In this document: positions 60,633-64,000 of the stretch, one piece after another
Layout of the letters: the number at the start of each line of letters is the position of its first letter
How positions within the stretch are numbered: the first letter of the stretch is position 1
Source: Eledone cirrhosa
Taxonomy: Eukaryota
Length of the DNA: 64,000 bases
Reading direction: 5' to 3'
NCBI GenBank assembly: GCA_964016885.1
Contig: OZ024744.1
Span: forward strand, 14,756,001 to 14,820,000
Notes under the pieces: generated by a model
Told to the model about the DNA's origin: nothing
The model's database searches: none
What the model saw: the letters and a program-made list of their open reading frames with translations, nothing else
Translations under genes and position numbers: made by a program

Positions 60633-63600
60633 CTTACTTCTAAAATATAACACTGTCTCTTACTTCTAAAATATAACTCTGTCTCTTACTTCTAAAATAT
60701 AACACTGTCTCTTACTTCTAACATATAACACTGTCTCTTACTTCTAACATATAACACTATCTCTAACCTCTAACATATAACACTGTCTCTTACTTCTAAC
60801 ATATAACACTGTCTCTTACTTCTAACATATAACACTGTCTCCTACTTCTAAAATATAACACTGTCTCTTACTTCTAAAATATAACACTGTCTCTTACTTC
60901 TAAAATATAACACTGTCTCTTACTTCTAAAATATAACACTGTCTCTTACTTCTGAAATATAACTCTGTCTCTTACTTCTAACATATAACACTGTCTCTTA
61001 CTTCTAACATATAACACTATCTCTAACCTCTAACATATAACACTGTCTCTTACTTCTAACATATAACACTGTCTCTTACTTCTAAAATATAACACTGTCT
61101 CTTACCTCAAACATATAACACTGTCTCTTACCTCTAACCTATAACACTGTCACTTACCTCTAACATATAACACTGTCTCTTACTTCTAAAATATAACACT
61201 GTCTCTTACTCCTAAAATATAACGCTGTCTCTTATCTCTAACATATAACACTGTCTCTTCCTTCTAACATATAACACTGTCACTTACTTCTAAAATATAA
61301 CACTGTCTCTGACCTCTAACATATAACACTGTCTCTTCTAAGATATAACACTGTCTCTTACTTCTAACATATAACACTGTCTCTCACTTCTAAAATATAA
61401 CACTGTCTCTTACTTCTAACATATAACACTGTACCTTACCTCTAACATATAACACTGTCTCTTACTTCTAAAATATAACACTGTCTCTTACTTCTAAAAT
61501 ATAACACTGTCTCTTACTTCTAAAATATAACTCTGTCTCTTACTTCTAACATATAACACTGTCTCTTACTTCTAACATATAACACTATCTCTAACCTCTA
61601 ACATATAACACTGTCTCTTACTTCTAACATATAACACTGTCTCTTACTTCTAAAATATAACACTGTCTCTTACCTCTAACATATAACACTGTCTCTTACC
61701 TCTAACATATAACACTGTCACTTACCTCTAACATATAACACTGTCTCTTACTTCTAAAATATAACACTGTCTCTTACTTCTAAAATATAACGCTGTCTCT
61801 TATCTCTAACATATAACACTGTCTCTTCCTTCTAACATAAAACACTGCCTCTTACTTGTAATATATAACACTGTCTCTTACCTCTAACATATAACACTGT
61901 CTCTTATTTCTAAAATATAACACTGTCTCTTACTTCCAACATATAACACTGTCTCTTACCTCTAACATATAACACTGTCTCTTACCTCTAACATATAACA
62001 CTGTCACTTACTTCTAAAATATAACACTGTCTCTTACCTCTAACATATACCACTGTCTCTTCTAACATATAACACTGTCTCTTACTTCTAACATATAACA
62101 CTGTCTCTTACTTCTAACATATAAAACTGTCTCTTACCTCTAACATATAACACTGTCTCTTACCTCTAACATATAACACTGTCACTTACTTCTAAAATAT
62201 AACACTGTCTCTTACCTCTAACATATAACACTGTCTCTTCTAAGATATAACACTGTCTCTTACTTCTAACATATAACACTGTCTCTCACTTCTAAAATAT
62301 AACACTGTCTCTTACTTCTAACATATAACACTGTCCCTTACCTCTAACATATAACACTGTCTCTTACTTCTAAAATATAACACTGTCTCTTACTTCTAAC
62401 ATATAACACTGTCTCTTACTTCTAACATATAACACTGTCTCTTACTTCTAACATATAACACTGTCTATTACTTCTAAATCATAACACTGTCTCTTACTTC
62501 TAACATATAACACTGTCTCTTACTTCTAAGATACAACACTGTCTTTTACTTCTAACATATAACACTGTCTATTACTTCTAACATATAACACTCTCTCTTA
62601 CTTCTAACATATAACACTGTCTCTTACCTCTAACATATAACACTGCCTCTTCTAACATATAACACTGTCTCTTACTTCTAACATATAACACTGTCTCTTA
62701 CTTCTAACATATAAATCTGTCTCTTACCTCTAACATATAACACTGTCTCTTACCTCTAACATATAACACTGTCTCTTACCTCTAATATATAACACAGTCT
62801 CTTACCTCTAACATATAACACTGTCTCTTACTTCTAACATATAACACTGTCTCTTACTTCTAAGATACAACACTGTCTTTTACTTCTAACATATAACACT
62901 GTCTATTACTTCTAACATATAACACTCTCTCTTACTTCTAACATATAACACTGTCTCTTACCTCTAACATATAACACTGCCTCTTCTAACATATAACACT
63001 GTCTCTTACTTCTAACATATAACACTGTCTCTTACTTCTAACATATAAAACTGTCTCTTACCTCTAACATATAACACTGTCTCTTACCTCTAACATATAA
63101 CACTGTCTCTTACCTCTAATATATAACACAGTCTCTTACTTCTAAAATATAAAACTGTCTCTTACTTCTAAAATATAACAGTCTCTTACTTCTAACATAT
63201 AACACTGTCTCTTACTTCTAACATATAACACTGTCTCTTACATCTAACATATAACACTGTCTCTTACTTCTAACATATAACACTGTCTCTTACCTCTAAC
63301 ATATAACACTGTCCCTTACCTCTAACATATAACACTGTCTCTTACCACTAATATAAAACACTGTCTCTTACCTCTGACATATAACACTGTCTCTTACATC
63401 TATCATATAACACTGTCTCTTACCTCTAACATATAACACTGTCTCTTCTAACATATAACACTGTCTCTTACTTCTAACATATAACACTGTCTCTTACTTC
63501 TAACACATAAAACTGTCTCTTACCTCTAACATATAACAATGCGTCTTCTAACATATAACACTGTCTCTTACTTCTAACATATAACACTGTCTCTTACATC

Positions 63601-64000
63601 TAACATACAACACTGTCTCTTACTTCTAACATATAACACTGTCTCTTCTAACATATAAAACTGATCTTACTTCTAAAATATAACACTGTCGCTTACTTCT
63701 AACATATAACACTCTCTCTTACTTCTAAAATATAACACTGTCTCTTACTTCTAAAATATAACACTGTGTCTTACTTTTAAATATTCCACTGTCTCTTACT
63801 TCTAAAATATAACAGTCTCTTACTTCGAACATATAACACTGTCTCTTATTTCTAACATATAACACTGTCTCTTACTTCTAACATATAACACTATGTCTAA
63901 CCTCTAACATATAACACTGCCTCTTACTTCTACCATATAACACTGTCTCTTACTTCTAAAATATAAAACTGTCTCTTACCGCTAACATATAACACTGTCT

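Larger units (their letters stand above)
1..64000. repeat. Tandem satellite array of a 26-bp monomer (CACTGTCTCTTAC[T/C/A]TCTAA[C/A]ATATAA), ~2,500 copies, with 19-, 22-, 24-, 25- and 27-bp length variants; truncated by both window ends
   Basis: The monomer is read directly from position 1 (cactgtctcttacatctaacatataa) and continues in the same orientation to 64000. No non-repeat segment was seen. Confidence 0.99.
25270..64000. repeat. ~18.6-kb higher-order duplication: sequence from ~25270 restarts at ~43847 and continues past the window end (with an internal 6.9-kb duplication)
   Basis: Offset 18577: G of ttcgaa 25288/43865, aacgta 25730/44307, tacctataac 26461/45038, tctagc 26721/45298, actgactcttac 27250/45827. 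Offset 18347: 28570/46917, 33081/51428. Offset 25248: 28570/53818, 33081/58329, 34831/60079, 37282/62530, 38099/63347. Confidence 0.9.

Noticed and set aside
1-64000. CRISPR array (26-bp repeat length is in range)
   Set aside because: Repeats are directly adjacent with no unique spacers, no leader, no palindromic repeat structure and no cas genes.
1-64000. Telomerase-synthesised long telomeric repeat (as in budding yeasts with ~25-bp units)
   Set aside because: Variants are inherited in multi-kb duplicated blocks, which indicates DNA-level recombination rather than copying from one RNA template. I also do not recognise the unit as a known telomere repeat.
1-64000. TATA-box promoters (CATATAA/TATAAAA) or other regulatory motifs
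   Set aside because: They are part of every monomer, with no downstream gene or other supporting context.
1-64000. Variant monomer order as a functional code or diversity-generating cassette system
   Set aside because: The patterns are adequately explained by point mutation plus nested duplication and deletion. No recombinase, reverse transcriptase, expression site or target is present in the window.
1-64000. Single fixed-period higher-order repeat or nucleosome-length (156/182 bp) periodicity
   Set aside because: Marker spacings are irregular, and I see no consistent 6- or 7-monomer variant periodicity.
1-64000. Inversions, hairpins/terminators, or transposon insertions
   Set aside because: No reverse-complement monomers (e.g. 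AGAGACAGTG) or non-repeat sequence were seen on the + strand. The near absence of G precludes stable stems.

Overview
The whole 64-kb window is one uninterrupted, head-to-tail tandem array (satellite/large minisatellite) of a 26-bp monomer, consensus CACTGTCTCTTACTTCTAACATATAA. There are roughly 2,500 monomers, ~31% GC, with only 1 G versus 7 C per monomer on the + strand. The array runs off both ends of the window. I see no unique sequence, inversion, credible gene, RNA gene, transposon or CRISPR spacer. The single ORF in the track is a by-product of alternating 26- and 22-bp monomers. The information lies in the variant monomers: rare diagnostic variants recur at exact offsets and reveal nested tandem duplications of 52, 208, 230, 330, 334, ~455, ~2.6-2.8k, 3287, 3898, ~5.0k, 5107, ~5.9k, 6901 and ~18.6k bp. 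Some junctions can be mapped to a few bases. The monomer itself looks built from diverged 7-bp sub-repeats. This is most consistent with eukaryotic satellite DNA expanding by unequal exchange, although assembly artefact cannot be excluded for the near-identical multi-kb copies. I cannot support a novel protein-coding system here. Offsets were counted by hand from marker variants, and block boundaries are approximate unless stated.
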